A stretch of DNA of 64,000 bases. Origin: Vicugna vicugna. Taxonomy: Eukaryota. Positions 1 through 14,235 of this stretch are shown here, in pieces. The position numbers and the translations under genes were made by a program. The notes beneath the pieces were generated by a model. That model searched no databases. It worked only from the letters and a program-made list of their open reading frames with translations, and had not been told where the DNA came from. Positions within the stretch are counted from its first letter, which is position 1. The number at the start of each line of letters is the position of its first letter. Location of the stretch: the NCBI GenBank assembly GCA_013265495.1, contig MU058584.1:4036508-4100507 (forward strand), written 5' to 3'.

Positions 1-493
1 CTGGGCACTGAAAGGGGTTTAAAAGCCTGAAATGTGTGCAGATCTGGGACACATGAATTGTTTGTTGAGAGAGAAAACCTTTGCATATTTCATCTTTGAC
101 TGTTGGCTATGAAGGAAGAAACAACTTCCTGGGAGATGAGGACTTGCCAGTTCTTAAACTCCATGTAAATTTCAGCCATCTCTCAGCTGGGCCTTCATGG
201 TAACTGGAGTTCTTGGATTTACCTCTAATGATTCCCTGTCACATTCTTCATTATATATTCCCAAACCTTTTCTCTTGTCCAGACTTTTTTCTATCTTACT
301 TGTTTTGCTGTTTTTGTTATCAAAAATGACTATCTTTTGATTACTGAGAAAGTTGCAGCTATCTGATTTGAGTCCCACCACCTCCTTCTTCATCACTTTA
401 CTTTTTTTCTGTTTTCACTACCTTCTCCTTTTCTTTTGCGTCTAAGAAAGAAATACCCTTCTTTTGTACTACTGTAATCCTCTACTTCTCACT

Positions 494-581
494 TTTTTTT
501 AAATGGAGGTCCTGGGGATTGAACCCAAGACCTTATGCATGGCAAGCCTGTGTTCTACCACTGATCTATACGCATCCCACC
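494..581 (-). mobile_element. Short tRNA-derived SINE (camelid vic-1-like)
   Basis: Reverse complement carries tRNA A/B-box head (gggttcaatccccag); 12-bp TSD ctacttctcact at 482-493 and 582-593. Confidence 0.85.
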
Positions 582-999
582 CTACTTCTCACTCTTAAAT
601 CTGTCTCTTCTCATATCCTTCAGGTACCTGCCCCATCTTTTAACCACCTCTTGTTCTTACATCTTCAGTGTATCTTTTCCTGTAGAATCTTTCCTCTCAA
701 TCTTTCAGTAGACTTAGGTTTTATCAGCCTATAAACCATTCCTTGCACCCCGTCTACCCCTTTGAACTACCATTCGCTCTCGCTCCCACCACTGCTGAAC
801 TTACTGAAATAGACTGGCCTCACTCACCACCTTGGCTTCATTACCACCTGCTTTTCTCTTTGCTTCTTGCTATCTGTATATATCCCTAAAATTTTATTGG
901 AACTTTTTTTGTCATTGTTGATTTTTTTCTTTTAATATAAAGGCAGTAGTAGTAAAAACTTGTACGTAAACATGTGTGTATGGTTTAAGCACTTATATG

Positions 1000-3830
1000 T
1001 CTACCACTCTGGCCAGAAAATAGTTACCATGTCCCAGAAGGCCACGGTAGATTCACTCTGATCATATTTCATTCTTCTACCGCAAAGGTAACCATCATCC
1101 TGAATTTAGTGCTGATGGTCACACTGCTTTTCTTTCACTTTTTTTCATCTATATATATATTAGCCTCAAATAATACATTACTTAGATTTACCTGTTTCCA
1201 TTATATAAATTGAATCATCCTATGTATATATTCTGTGACTGGTTTCTTTTGCTCAACATTATGTTTTTGAGATTCATCCAAGTTAGCACATATATCTATA
1301 ATTCATTTTCACTGGATATAGAATCTCATTATATGAATGTATCATAGTATTTCTATGCATTCTATTATTGATGGACATTTTGGTTATTTTTAGGCTTTTG
1401 CTGTTACAAACATTACTGTTATAAATAATTTTGTACTTATCTCTTGATGCATATGTGTGAAAAAGTCTCTAGAGTCTACTTAATAGTGTAACTTCTGAGC
1501 TTGTTCCAGTGTCACTCAGTACCACCAGCCAGCTTTCCAGAGCTTTAGTACTGGTTTATACTGCTACCAACAACAGATGAGAATTTCACAGTCTAGCCAA
1601 ATCTTGACATTAACCAACTTTGTAATTTTAGCCAATCTAATGGGCATAAAATGGTATTTCATTGGAATTTTAATTGGTATTTCTCTAGTTTCCAAGGCAA
1701 TTGAACGTCTTTTCTTGTGTTTGTGGGCCATTTATGTTTCTTCTTTTGTGAAATTCCTATTCATTTCTTTTGCCTGTTGTTTTTTTTTTTCTATAGGTTT
1801 TTTTTAATAGGAATTCTTTATGTGTTCTGAATGTTAACTCTTTGTTGTTTGTATGTACTGCAGATACTTTCTCCCTTTCATACATTTTATATAGTCATTT
1901 GATGAACAAAGCTTTTAATTTTAAAATATTTAATTGTATGTCTTTTCAATTTTGGGGTCATGATAAGGAAGTCCTTCCTTTTCCCAAGGCTATGATGGCA
2001 TTCTCTCATGATGTCTTCTTCTAAAACTGTAAGAATTTTGTACTTCACATTTAGGTCTTTAGTCCTCCTGAAACATTCTTTTTGTTTCTTTTTCTTTCTT
2101 TCTTTTTGGTATGGTGTGAATTGATCTAAAGTAATTTCTTTTTTTCCCCTAAAGTGTTACCTAGTTATCCATCTATTGAAAACTGCATCCTTTCCTCACT
2201 GATCTGTCTCATTCCAAGTGACCAAAAATATGTGTGGCTCTGTTTCCAGACTCTATTCCGGCATGTTTGTTTATCCTTCCCTGCACACAATATCGTGTTG
2301 CCTAATCATTACTGCTCTGTGATGAGTCAGTATCTTGATTGTGCAAGTCCCTCTACTTTGTCATTTTAAAGAGCATATTAGCTCTTTGCCTTTTCATTTA
2401 AATTTTAGAATCAGCCCGTCAATTATACACACCCTGCCCCAAGAAAGAGAATGAAAAAAGAGAGAGAGAGAAAGAAAATAACTTGTTGAGATTTTGATAT
2501 GAACTTGCTTTGAATTCATAGATCAATCTGGGAAGAACTGACTTCTTTACAATGTTCTCTTCCAATAAATGAGCATTTATTTGTATCTTCTTTATTTCTT
2601 TAAATATAAAGTTTTATAATTTTCCATGTATAGGATTTAATATAGTTTCAGAGATTTATTCCCAGAACTTTATATTTTCAAAGTGTTGTCGATAAAATTG
2701 TTTTAAATTTTTTTCACTTGGTGTATAACAAAGGCAGTTTTTAAATAGATTTTGTGTGCTGCAACTTCATTAAACTCTCTTATTCTGATACTAGATTGTT
2801 ATATTCCTTGGGATATTCTATATCCATAATCAGATTTTCTAAGAAAAAAGTTTAGTTTCTTTTTTCCAGCTTACCTTTTTCTTGCCTTGTTCTTCTGGCT
2901 AAACCTTCCAGCAGCTGGCACCATTATCCTATTCTTAGTCTTAAAGGGAGTGCGTTTAATTTGACTCTTTGTCAAGTTAGAGAAGTTTCTTTCTATTCCT
3001 ACACCTAGAATTTTATCATAAATGGATATTGAATTTTATGTAAGGGTTTTTCTGCATCCTTTGTGATGATTTGCAATGATACAATTTTTTTCCTTCAATG
3101 AATGTGTGAATCATATTATTTGAATTTCTTTTAGTCCCAAACTGACATTGCATCCCTGGAATAAATCCATTTTAGACACAGCGGTCTACCTTACTAGACT
3201 ATTTTTGCTATTATTATCTAGGATATTTCCATAGATATTTATGAGTAAGGATAGCTTGTGTTTTTTGCTTACTCTTTTCTTTTTCTTACTTACCTTTGTC
3301 AGGTTTTGGTGTCAAGGTTATGCTGGCCTCATAAAATAAATTAGGAAATGTTTCCCTTTTTTAACTCCACTCTGGAAAAACTGTGTGGGATTAGAATTAT
3401 TTTTTCCTTTGATTTTCAGAAGCAAGCAGAGTAAAATTGTCTGGGCTTTTCATTTTCTCTTTGGGAAGATTTTTATCTGTTGTATTTCTTTAAGTGCTGT
3501 AGGACTCTGTATTTTGCTTTTTTCTCTTTGAGTCAGTCTTGATAACTTATAGTTTCTAGAAAGTTTGCTATTTCTAAGTTTTGATTTTATTAGTTCACAA
3601 TATCCTCTTTTTAGTTTCTGTGACATTTTTTATTATGCCCTCCCTGGTATCCTTGAATTATTTGCTCCTTCTCTTTTATTTTCTTGTTTTATCTTGCCAG
3701 AAGTTTGTAAGTTATACATTTCTTTTGAAAGAACCAAGTTGATTTTTCCATTATGTATTTTTTTCCTTGCTTCATTAATTTTTGTTCTTACCTTTATTAA
3801 TACCTTTCCTCTGTTCTCTTGGGATTAATT
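1000..3830 (-). mobile_element. Old L1M-type LINE fragments (3' UTR and ORF2 remnants)
   Basis: Typical antisense L1 motifs: gagattcatcca, attgatggacatttg, tttagaatcagc, gttatgctggcctcataaaat; boundaries approximate. Confidence 0.75.
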
Positions 3831-4042
3831 TCTTCCTTCTTTCTCCGTACTCTTGTCCTCATCTTTTCTGTGTCACTTGGCCATAGTACTGCACTGCTCC
3901 ATCCTTGCAGCTTTCCCTTCCCTGGCTCCTGAGGCACGCTGGTCTGGAAGGATTTTTTTCCTACTTTTCTAACTGCTTCCTTTGATGCTCTTTGTCTTTA
4001 CATCTCCTAATGTAGGTTCCCTCTTACCTTCAACCTTCTCTA

Positions 4043-4555
4043 TAGACAGTCTCCAACCTAACGATGATTCGAACTTGGAATTTTTCAGCTTTACGGTGGT
4101 GCAAAAAAACAATACGCATTCAGTAGAAACCATACTTCGAACTTTGAATTTTGGTCGTCTCCCAGGCTAGCAGTATGTGGTGTTGCTCTCTCATAATGCA
4201 GCAGCGGCAGCAGCAGCCACAGCTCCCAGTCCGCCACGCAGTCAGGAGGGGAAACAACTGATATACCTACAACCATTCTGCACCTGTACAGGCATTTGGC
4301 TTTCCACTTTCAGTATGTCATTTAATAAATTATGTGAGATATTAAACACTTCATTATAGAACAGGCTTTGTGTTAGATGATTTTACCCAACTGTAGCCTA
4401 ATAAGTAAGTATTCTAAGCATGTTTAAGGTAGGTCAGGCTAAGCTATGATATGTTTTCTGTAAGGTAGGTGTATTAAATGCATGTTTGACTAATGATATT
4501 TTCAATTTAAGAAGGGTGTATCAGAATGACCCCATCATTTGTTGAGGAAGATCTA
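4043..4555. mobile_element. TcMar-Tigger DNA transposon fossil (MER47/Tigger5-like)
   Basis: Decayed termini tagacagtctccaacctaacgatg ... catcatttgttgaggaagatcta flanked by TA; internal sequence resembles MER47. Confidence 0.75.
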
Positions 4556-7135
4556 TACATATATCCATTTTTAATTAATAAGCATTTCAATTCTCCTAAT
4601 TTCAACTGTCACTTCTCAGTGAGAGAGTTCGGCAGAATCAAGGGACCCATTCCTTGTCTTAGTTCTTCCACTAACCAGCTATGACATCTTGAGCAATTCA
4701 TTTAAGATTCCTTAATCCTTGTTTCTTTACCAATAAAATAAGGAGGTGTTGGATACAAGACCTCTGAAGGTTACCTCAGTAATACTGGTCTAGTGACAAC
4801 CTTATAGAGTCTTTAGCTCTGGCCTCTGTCATTTGTACATTCCTTCTTGATCACTTTTCTTAGATGTTTTATTAGGGTTTCTCAAACTATAGATATCTTA
4901 TGTTAATCTTAGATAATTTACCTTCTCCCCCAGCCTTTTAATGTCCCCAGTTGTTCCTTTGGATGTTCCTGTTTTCTCAGGCACACATTTGGTTTTAGCT
5001 CCTAACACCGCCATCTCCCCATACTGTCTTCATATTTAAGTCTGAGAGAGAGAGAGAAAGAGTGTGTGTGTATGTATCTGTTCCACTCTTGTTTACTTTC
5101 AGCCCAGATTACATCTTTAAAGTTTTACAAGAATGATTTCAATGTAAAATCTATTTTCTTATACCCCTCACCTCCCAGTGGAGCCTCAGCACCTTATTTA
5201 AAACAAACAAACAACAACAACAAAAAAAACACACCTGCCTTTACATCTTAAATCTCTGTTTATCTGAGCTGTTGTCTCAGATAAACAGAGTCCTGTTGTC
5301 TCAGATAACAGAATCTGTTCTTTTCACCACACCATACTTTGGATTCCATACCTTTATGCCACCACCTCCCCCAAGAGGCAGAGCCGGAGCACTTAAATAG
5401 TATACCTATAGGCCACTGGAATAGGCTTTGTATCAGGGACACCAGAAATCAGTCTTGCGTTTATAGTGCTTTGTGATTTACAAGGAGCCTGTTACCATTT
5501 TTATGGGAACTTGAAAATGGAACCAGTGTGTGGAATTTTTATGGTCTCCATGTGAGTAAAATTTTTGGTTCTGGAAGACTTCTTAAATTGGTGATGTGTT
5601 AATCTCTAAGTGTTTGTTTCTGTTTTTTAAAATCTTACCTTCTTTCAGCCTTGTTGATTTATTTAATATATCTTGAGCATATTTCTCTAATAGTGCACAA
5701 TCTTAAAATCCATAACAAAACTAGTGATTTACTGCATAGAGATAGAGACGGCAGCCTATGACAAAATGTGCAACTTTAAAATAGTGAAATGTCTGTATGT
5801 GGCTTATGGAAGTGACCCTGGCTACTTTAAATTTTTCTCATACTAGTATCTCACTACTTGACACAAGCATGTACTCTTAATTTCATCAACCATATATGCC
5901 TAAGTAGTTCTGTATTTCCTATCTGTGGGAAACTTAAAGAAAAAAACGTGAGAGAACAATCACTGAGATTTTTAAGGAGGTGATATATGTATACACTCCT
6001 TTTATAATTATCTCAAGGAAACCTTAAATAGCTCTTTTGAGTCATGTGATCTACCTAATTATGCTATTAAAGTCATACATTTGCTAGAAATTAGGATAAA
6101 TAATGATAGAAGTTAGCAACATTTTTTGGAAATACTGCCTGAAGTTTCTATGTTATACTCTCCTAGCTGGTCTGCTCAGTGAGCACACACACAGGGATGG
6201 GGACGAGGAGATGGAATGTTCCAGTGATAGGAAGTGGAAAGTCAGTACCACATTCATGTGACTCAGTGATTCTTACAGGTTCCCATTGTCTGTTATATTT
6301 TACCCAGTACAAAGTGTTCTGGTTATTTGTAAACAATAGCTGGATACAATAATTTGAAAATAATTTATTTTTTAGAAAATATTTCTCAGTATTAGGCTAG
6401 CATGTCTTTCCATAAATTAGTTCTCTTCTAATGTTATATGGCATCAGTGGTTAAAGGCAATGGCTATAATATGTAGAAAATTACAATGACCGCAGAGCCC
6501 TAGCTAATTAGATGTATGCAGCAATCTATACTTTGGGATTGAAGAAATCAGTAAAGCCATTTTGTTTATCTTGTAAATGATTGATTTTGACATCAGATTG
6601 TCATTTATTAAAGCATTTTAAGTTAAGAGTAAATCCATCTTGGCCTTGGCAAAGTCACCAGTGAATTGCCCCTGTCCAAGCCAAATGCCAAGAAGGAAGA
6701 GACTAGAAGAGAGCCTCAGGACCTCTTTGGAACTCTGTCTCTACCATTCTTTACAACAGTGGTAATGATGATGATCTCTTTTTAAAGCCACCTTAGGTTT
6801 CATGCTTATTCTGACCCCACTTACTCCAATCACTGCTTTCACTTCTGAACTCTCTAACATGATCTTATGATTGTAATTCATTATTTGTATTTTTGTTTCT
6901 GTTTCTTAAGCTTTATGTGTGTTCGTGTACCTGTCCTGCAGTCCTGCCTGTAGAAGAGAAATCGTTTTACTGTATGTCCTTTCTTTTGAATCCCTTCTCC
7001 CCTTCTCTTCCTTGGAGATGCTTTAAAAAGTGCTTATACAAAATAGGTGCTTGCTAAAAGTTGGTAAATGAAGTCTAGTGCTTTATTCCAGTTGTTTGAG
7101 TTTTAAACGGTTATATTATTCTGCTTGCTTTGTAG

Positions 7136-7236
7136 GCACACAAACTAATGGTCTGGACTTTCAGAAGCAGCCTGTGCCCGTTGGAGGAGCAATCTCAACA
7201 GCCCAGGCCCAGGCTTTCCTTGGACATCTCCATCAG
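7136..7236 (+). CDS. POU2F1: POU2F1 exon 3: (G)[33 protein letters not shown]
   Basis: ctttgtag|GC ... CAG|gtagaa; 101 nt, phase 1 to 0; recognisable Oct-1 peptide. Confidence 0.97.
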
Positions 7237-9269
7237 GTAGAATGACCTGCTCAACCATAAGTGAGAGTGAAAGATGGAGGCATGGAATGCTAGGGCAGGG
7301 GCAGGTTATTTCAGAATGTGGGACTTCTAAAGTTAATTAAAGGCTGATGCTGCTAGCATCTAATCATGTCAGTCTGAATGGTTAGCGTGGACTCCTCTAC
7401 TGTGGTTGACTGTGTAACTAACTATTGACCCCACAGGTGTGTGAAAAAAAGAATTTCTTGTTATGAAACAGAATATATATATAACAGCTGGGTTACCGGT
7501 TTTGTGACTGTGAGTCTGTGGTGGCTCACTGAAACCCTCATCACCTGAGGCCTGCTGTGCAAGGCTCTGAGCTGGCAGCTCATGTCCCTTCTGTAAAACA
7601 GTTTCAGACCATTTTGATTTGGGCAGCTACTCAGAGCCTTTGCTTGACTGTGAGCTCCCTGGTTTGGGATTCAGAAAGGTCTGCCTCTACTTTATTACCC
7701 TTTTCTGTCATGTGACTTTTTCCTGAGTCTGAAACAGTCTGTGGAGCCTCTCCACGCACATTTTGGCTATAATACAGAGAGAAAGGGAATACTGAAACAG
7801 ACACTGCCTCCCCAGGAGTCTTGGAGCGGGAGCTGTTTGAAAATGGAAAGTAAAACAATGGAAACATTTGGGAGATAGTATATTAGAGTGTCTCAACCTC
7901 TTGATTTATGTTCACAGTTATGTATTAGAGCAATGCTTTGCACTTCTTGGTGGTCTCTACCTCAGATAAACCCTAGAACCAGTTTAGTGTTCAGAATGTG
8001 TCGGCCAGCAGTGTTGGTGGTGGTGACTGTAGTGATGGTAGTGCCTGGTGGTGCTAGTGGTGGTGGGTCAGTGGAAAGCACATATGGACATAAAACTTCC
8101 CAGGTCACGTACTGACAAATGAAGTGACTATGAACTGAATATGTATAACACTGCTCTAGTCTTTTTATCAAAATATGTCCTCAGACTACCTAAACTATAA
8201 AAGAAGCCCCTTTACTTGAAAACAGGTGAAATTTTAGAAAGCTATTCTAAAGCCCTCTTATTTGTTCACAAGTTCAAAGGGATGCTACGTAGGCAACAAT
8301 GAACTTCTTGTATTAGAGTGAGGCCTAGTTGACACTTCTGCTCACAGTGCAGAGCTTTGTTTATACAATCTTTGAAAGTAGAAGAATTTCTGTAAGAAAC
8401 TTCTAGATAAAATATTAAGATGACTTAACATCTAAAATAATTTAAGAATTCATTCTAGGAAAACAAAAATGTTAATTTCATGTTTTTGCTTCTAAGAACA
8501 TATTCTAGCCTCCACCAAGTTTACTGATTTCTTAAGAAGAATATCATTTCAGTTAGACCATGTCAATTATGTGGCACATCTTAAGCCTCTTTGGCTGGCT
8601 TAAATTTATGATGATCCAAACATATTTTCAAAATCCCTGAAGTTCCATAGATGATATTGAGCCTTCTCCCCATTGGCTCTAAATTCTAATATGAGTGTTA
8701 ACTCTTGCACCAAGGCCTCCAGATCTAGCCCCTGATTACAAAAATAATTGAACCTTCAATACCTCCAAAACCAAAGGACTGTAAACCAAAGAATTTTATT
8801 TGAAACTTGACATTATTGAATTATCTATCAAGACACAAGTCCCAGCAGAATTGTTCACCGTCTGATTAGACACGTAATTAACATACATTGTGACACTTAC
8901 CTTCTGTTTCCAGCCCCCTTATTGACTAGGGCGACACACCCTGAATCTTTCCTGACCATAATTATAAACATGCATACACATATACAAAATAGATTATTTT
9001 AGGCATATTGCCCCATAAACCATACGTTTCATGAAGATGGGAACCTCTCTCCTTATTTACCTTATTCCAGCATTTACCAAAGAGCCCCCCAAATAATAAC
9101 TGTTCAATAATTATTTTTGAACAAATATATGGAAAAACAGAGGAAGAAATGATTAGCTCAACCTGAAGAGTCTAAGACATTGATCATATAGAGAGGATGA
9201 TTTTTGAGCTGTTTTAAAGGATGTTGGGAGCCAGCTAAATAGAGTTCTAAAGGGATGGGCTCACTTTTC

Positions 9270-11010
9270 ATTTTCAACTTGCTATTTTGAAAACTTTCAA
9301 ATCTACAGAGAAGTTACAACAACGGAACAATTTTCAACTGAAAGCCCTTCACCTGGAATCACCAGTTGTTACTGTGTTACCATATTTGCTTTATCTTTGT
9401 ATGTGTTTGTGCTGGTACATGCACGTTGTGTGTGTGTGTGTGTGTGTGGTTTTTTTTTGCTCAGTCATTTCAGAGTAAGTTGTAGGCACTGTGACCTTTT
9501 ACTGATAAGAACCTCATCATATTTTTCCTAAAAACAGCATTCTGTTACAAAACTTCAATACAAATTTCAAATTCCAGAAATACAGCATTGATACAATGTT
9601 ATTATCTAACGTATAGTCCATATTTAAATTTTTTCTGATGCACAATCCAGTTCACACTTTGCATTTAGTTGTCATATCTACTTAGTCTTTTTTGTTCTAG
9701 AATAATTAGCCTATCTTTGTCTTGAATATATATTGACAATTTTGAAGAGTAGAGACCACCTGTTTTATAGAAGTTCCCTCAATATGAGTCTGTCTGATTT
9801 TACCCTCATGACTGGATCAAGTTATATGTTTTTGACAGGAATACAATAGAAGATGTATGATATCAACTTGTTCCATTGTTGTGATATTAAATTTGATCAT
9901 TTGATTTAAGGTGGTGTCCCAGATTTGTCTACTATAAAGATAACTTTCTTCCTCCTTGTAATTAGTAAATTATCTGTGAAGAGATACTTTAAGACTTACA
10001 AATATCTTGTTCTTCAACAAACTTCTACCCAGAAACATCATGACTTAAACAAAATCACATGTAAACTTTATCTCCTTTAAATCTTTGTACATGAAACTCT
10101 TCCTCTGGCTCTTTGGCTGACTTCTTAGCCTTTGGTCTTAAACATATTATTTTTTCATACAATTCTCCCTTTATTACACTATATCTGAAATGTGTTCTTC
10201 ATAAGTCTCTGTGTTCTGTTTTGGGTGTTTTCTTTTGGGGGGGCAATGGTGGTGGTTCTTGTTTCAACTAACAGGACTATCAGTTTTAAATAAAGGACAG
10301 AGCACTCAGTCAATGTTGGCTCTCAATTCTGTGCTGATCTCCATACCAACATTTATATTTAACTTCAGGAAATCTTGATGCTGTGTGATAAATCCAAGGT
10401 AGAACTCATTATCTTCATGTTAATGAGTGTACCATTTTTCTGGTCTTCCAAGTTTGAACCTTGGAATAATCTACAACTTCTTTTCTTCATCTGTTTCCAG
10501 TCCATTGCCAGGATCCTCTGTAGTATCTTGCAATACCTTTTATGTTTCCTACTTTAAATTCCCATTGCTGCCCTTCTAAGGTAGGCTTCCACGTGTTCTA
10601 TCCTACTTTATATTTTCTTTCTCCCTCCTCAGTCTTTCTTTATTTTCAGGACATTGACATTTTTGAAGAGTACAGACCAGTTATTTTGTACAGAGTTTCT
10701 CAGTTCGGGTTTGTCTGATGTTTCATCACAGTTAGATCAAGTTATACACTTTGGGGAGGAATACACCATAAGTAATTCTTCTTAGTGCATTGTAATAGAA
10801 GGCACATGTATCATTACTGGTAACTCAGCTGGTGATCGCTTGTCTTCCAGGTTTCACAGCTATTTTACTCTTTGTAATTAATAAGTATCTATGGAGAGAT
10901 AGTTGAGAATATGTAAATATCATGTTATTCCTCAAATTCTACCCAGTATTTAGAGCATCCGTTAATGACATTTGCCTGAATTAATAATTTTCATGGTTGC
11001 CACATGATGA
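9270..11010 (-). mobile_element. Old L1MC-like 3' fragments (about 9270-10030 and 10640-11010) with (TG)n at 9428-9447
   Basis: Motifs ttgacatttttgaagagtacag(a/g)ccag and gagatactttaagact; approximate. Confidence 0.6.
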
Positions 11011-11607
11011 TCCTTATTTTAATATAACCATGGTTTGAACTTTTTGAAATGTGTTAGATGTGAGTATTAACTATTATGATGGATTTCTGTGTGGTTTGTA
11101 GGACAGATTATTTTAGCAGGTGTTTTGAATTATGATATATCTTATAAGGGCTTGACCATACAGATGTGCATGTATTTAAGATTTTTACTCGTATCTACAT
11201 GGACATTTTGAAATTACAATGAGTAGATAATCCTAATGTATGTAACTACCCTGTTCTTACATGTTCTTTATCACAATGTGGAAGATGAATTAAGTTTTTA
11301 GAATCTAAGTATCCTGTGAGTACAAGAAGCAGTGTTATGTAAGGAATGTCTCATGCAAGTATGGCATGCCTGCTGATGCTTCAGTGTGGGAAAACATCTT
11401 CAGAAAAGAAATTTTAACAGCATTTTCTAGTGGGAGGTGGAGGGACTGTGAGCTTGTCCATGAAATTTTGACTCCGTAAAATCAATCTCTTTGTATGCTT
11501 GGTTCTCACTCAGGGACATATGCTTAATAGAGCCTGTTGATGACAACATCTAATGATGGATGCCAACAATACTAGACTAGAAACTTCCCCAATTACTTTA
11601 CTTACAG

Positions 11608-11661
11608 GTCCAGCTCGCTGGAACAAGTTTACAGGCTGCTGCTCAGTCTTTAAATGTACAG
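11608..11661 (+). CDS. POU2F1: POU2F1 exon 4: VQLAGTSLQAAAQSLNVQ
   Basis: ttacttacag|GTC ... CAG|gtaagc; 54 nt. Confidence 0.96.
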
Positions 11662-12152
11662 GTAAGCTGGGACATGGGATTGTGGGATTATGGATCAATT
11701 TATTTTCTCCATATTTTCCTAATTTTCTGTAATGAGCATGCAGTAGTTTTATAATAGAAATACTCAGAAGTATTACTTTTTTAACTACTGAATCTCATAA
11801 AGATTCACTGTCATTAATGAAAACCAGTTTTATATTATACTGCTGTGAATATCCAAAAGTAAACAACAAAAATCTACTTTCAAAGTTTTATACATAAATT
11901 CAGTAAAAATGTTTCTAAGCTGTACAGCCATAACAGATACCTAAACACGAAGCTGAATAACACCTTAGATGTCCCTTTGTTCCAAATGTCTTCTTACTTA
12001 TTTTCCATGCCTTAGAGAAACATTATAGTAGAGGAAAGAGCAATGAAATGAGAGACAGAGGTCTTAGGTTTGATTTCTCATTGTGCTACTGACTAGCTGT
12101 ATGAACTTCAGTAACTCACTTAACCTCCTGGGGCTCATTTGTTTTTCTTACA

Positions 12153-12288
12153 CAGTCGGCCCTCCTCGTCTCCAGGTTCCGCATCTACTGGTGCAGAGGG
12201 CTGACCATGAGGGACTTGAGCAACCCCAGATTTTGGTGTCCATAGGGGGTCCCCGGACTAATCCCTCATAGATACCAAGGGACAACTG
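12153..12288. mobile_element. Short MER2-like Tigger MITE nested in a MIR (about 12030-12360)
   Basis: Inverted termini cagtcggccctc ... aagggacaactg|ta; internal ggacttgagca..cagattttggt. Confidence 0.7.
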
Positions 12289-13488
12289 TATGTTTAAGTG
12301 GGAAAGTTTAGAAGATTGCCAGGGTTCCTGTCTGCTCTGAAATTTTATGATTCTAAGGATTGCAATTAAACCTATTTATAGACATTAATGGGTTTCATAC
12401 AGTCAACATTTTAAAGACAAAACTTAAATCTGGGTGCTTTGCTTTTATGAACCATATGACGAGACATGTAAAGTTTAAGTATTACGCATTATTCCATAAT
12501 ATTTCAATCAACCTGCTGCTTCCTTTCATTATAGTGTTTAGGTGACTAACAGTCAAGAGGGATAAACAGTATTCTGGAAGGTTGATTTCAGTGTTGCTAA
12601 TGACTAAAGACCTTGGGTTGAGCATTCCATGAAACCCAGTGGAATATGGACCTAGTAACACATGGAAACAAGAAGAGAAAAGGAAAGGAGATAATGTGAC
12701 CTTCCTTTCTGAGGGAGAATAGGTGGAAAATTGCCTTGGTTGCCATGGTAAACTTTCATCCCTTAGAGAGATGTTGGCAAACAGGCTGTATCTCCAGTGC
12801 AGAATATTTACAGTCCTGCACTGTAATTATCTCTCAATGACTGGCAGAATTAATCAGAGCCTTTATGTTAATTAGCCTTGCTGCAGTCCCCAAAACAGGT
12901 GGTGGGAAATATGCAAATCTATGCAGAATTTTAATGCTCTGCATAACCAGTTTTAATTACCATAAAATTTCCTCTCAGTGCCCCTTTCAGGAACATGTTC
13001 TCTTTCCCTCTTGACTGCAGCATTTTCCCTCTTAGCTTGTGTTACTTGATGGGAGATGCTAAATTTACAGTACTTTAAAATACTAGATGAAAAGTTCTGA
13101 AGGTAAAGTAATCAAATACATGAATGCTGGGGTGGAGGGTCTAATGTAAAGATGTTTGAAAATGTGCTGTTCCCTTACTCCTTATTTCCAAAGTTGAGGA
13201 TTTGGGTTTGTGAAAACCTTGTTGACTTGTGGAGGACCAAATTGTTTTTCCTTCTTAAAAGTTATCATTTCAGCTTTGCTGGTATTGGAACAAAAAGTCT
13301 AAAAACTTAGTATGTAAAATACATAAAATTAGGAAAATACAAAGATTTTCAACAAAGGAAAAGATGAAACCATAAAACTTACGATTAGATAAGTCTGTGT
13401 TGTAAATAATTCTTAAAATATGAAGTTATGAGCATTTTTTAAAATCAACTATTTGAAATCTTTTATTTCCCACCCCACCCCACCTCAG

Positions 13489-13608
13489 TCTAAATCTAAT
13501 GAAGAATCGGGGGACCCACAGCAGCCAAGCCAGCCTTCCCAGCAGCCTTCAGTGCAGGCAGCCATCCCCCAGACCCAGCTTATGCTGGCTGGAGGACAGA
13601 TAACTGGG
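13489..13608 (+). CDS. POU2F1: POU2F1 exon 5: [40 protein letters not shown]
   Basis: cacctcag|TCT ... GGG|gtaagt; 120 nt. Confidence 0.97.
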
Positions 13609-14029
13609 GTAAGTTTTCACTGAGAGAATCGCAGTAAACTTTCTCTGTGTCAGCACTGCCATTGGCCAATATCTGATTAGATCTGTTTTCTGTAGCAGCT
13701 AGTAACATGGCTATGCCTGGCACTATTATGTCTTTAGGGAACTTTCTAGACTGTAAGCAGCTCTGAAAAAGAAACTGTCTTTACCTTAAGTTTTCAGTTT
13801 TTTTTTTTTTCTTACTGTTGCAGTTGCTCTGGGTAAACTGACTTTTTTAAACCCGTTTCAAGTGTTGCTTCATCATATGGTGAAGTCACGATCCCATGTT
13901 GAGATCATTACATTGACGAAATTGTAGCTGTCAGTTTGAAATTATGACATCACTGCAGACTAGAAATTAAAGAATGAATTAGTACCTACAAAAGAAAAAC
14001 ATTATTTAAGTTACTGTATAGCATTCTAA

Positions 14030-14235
14030 AATGAAACCTCTGGTCTTGTATCCAATAAGTATATGGGCTAATTACTTCATCTCCTTGTGCTTCAGTTTTC
14101 CTTCAGTTAAATGGAGATGTTAGTAATACCTATCTCACAGTATTGTTACAAAGATTAAGAGTAATAATATACATAAAACTCATAGAACAGTGCTTAGCAT
14201 GTCATAACATTCAATAAATGTCATCTGTTTTTTAT
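14030..14235 (+). mobile_element. MIR SINE
   Basis: Core-like ttcagttttccttcagttaaatggagat...aatacctatctcacag...aagattaa. Confidence 0.7.

Noticed and set aside
11480..11607. Alternative acceptor (ctcactcag at 11513) upstream of exon 4
   Set aside because: It would add 94 nt containing stops; such AG contexts are common and nothing else supports it.
12795..12946. Two short hairpins as a possible H/ACA snoRNA
   Set aside because: The stems are only 8 bp, about 100 nt apart, and lack properly placed H and ACA boxes.
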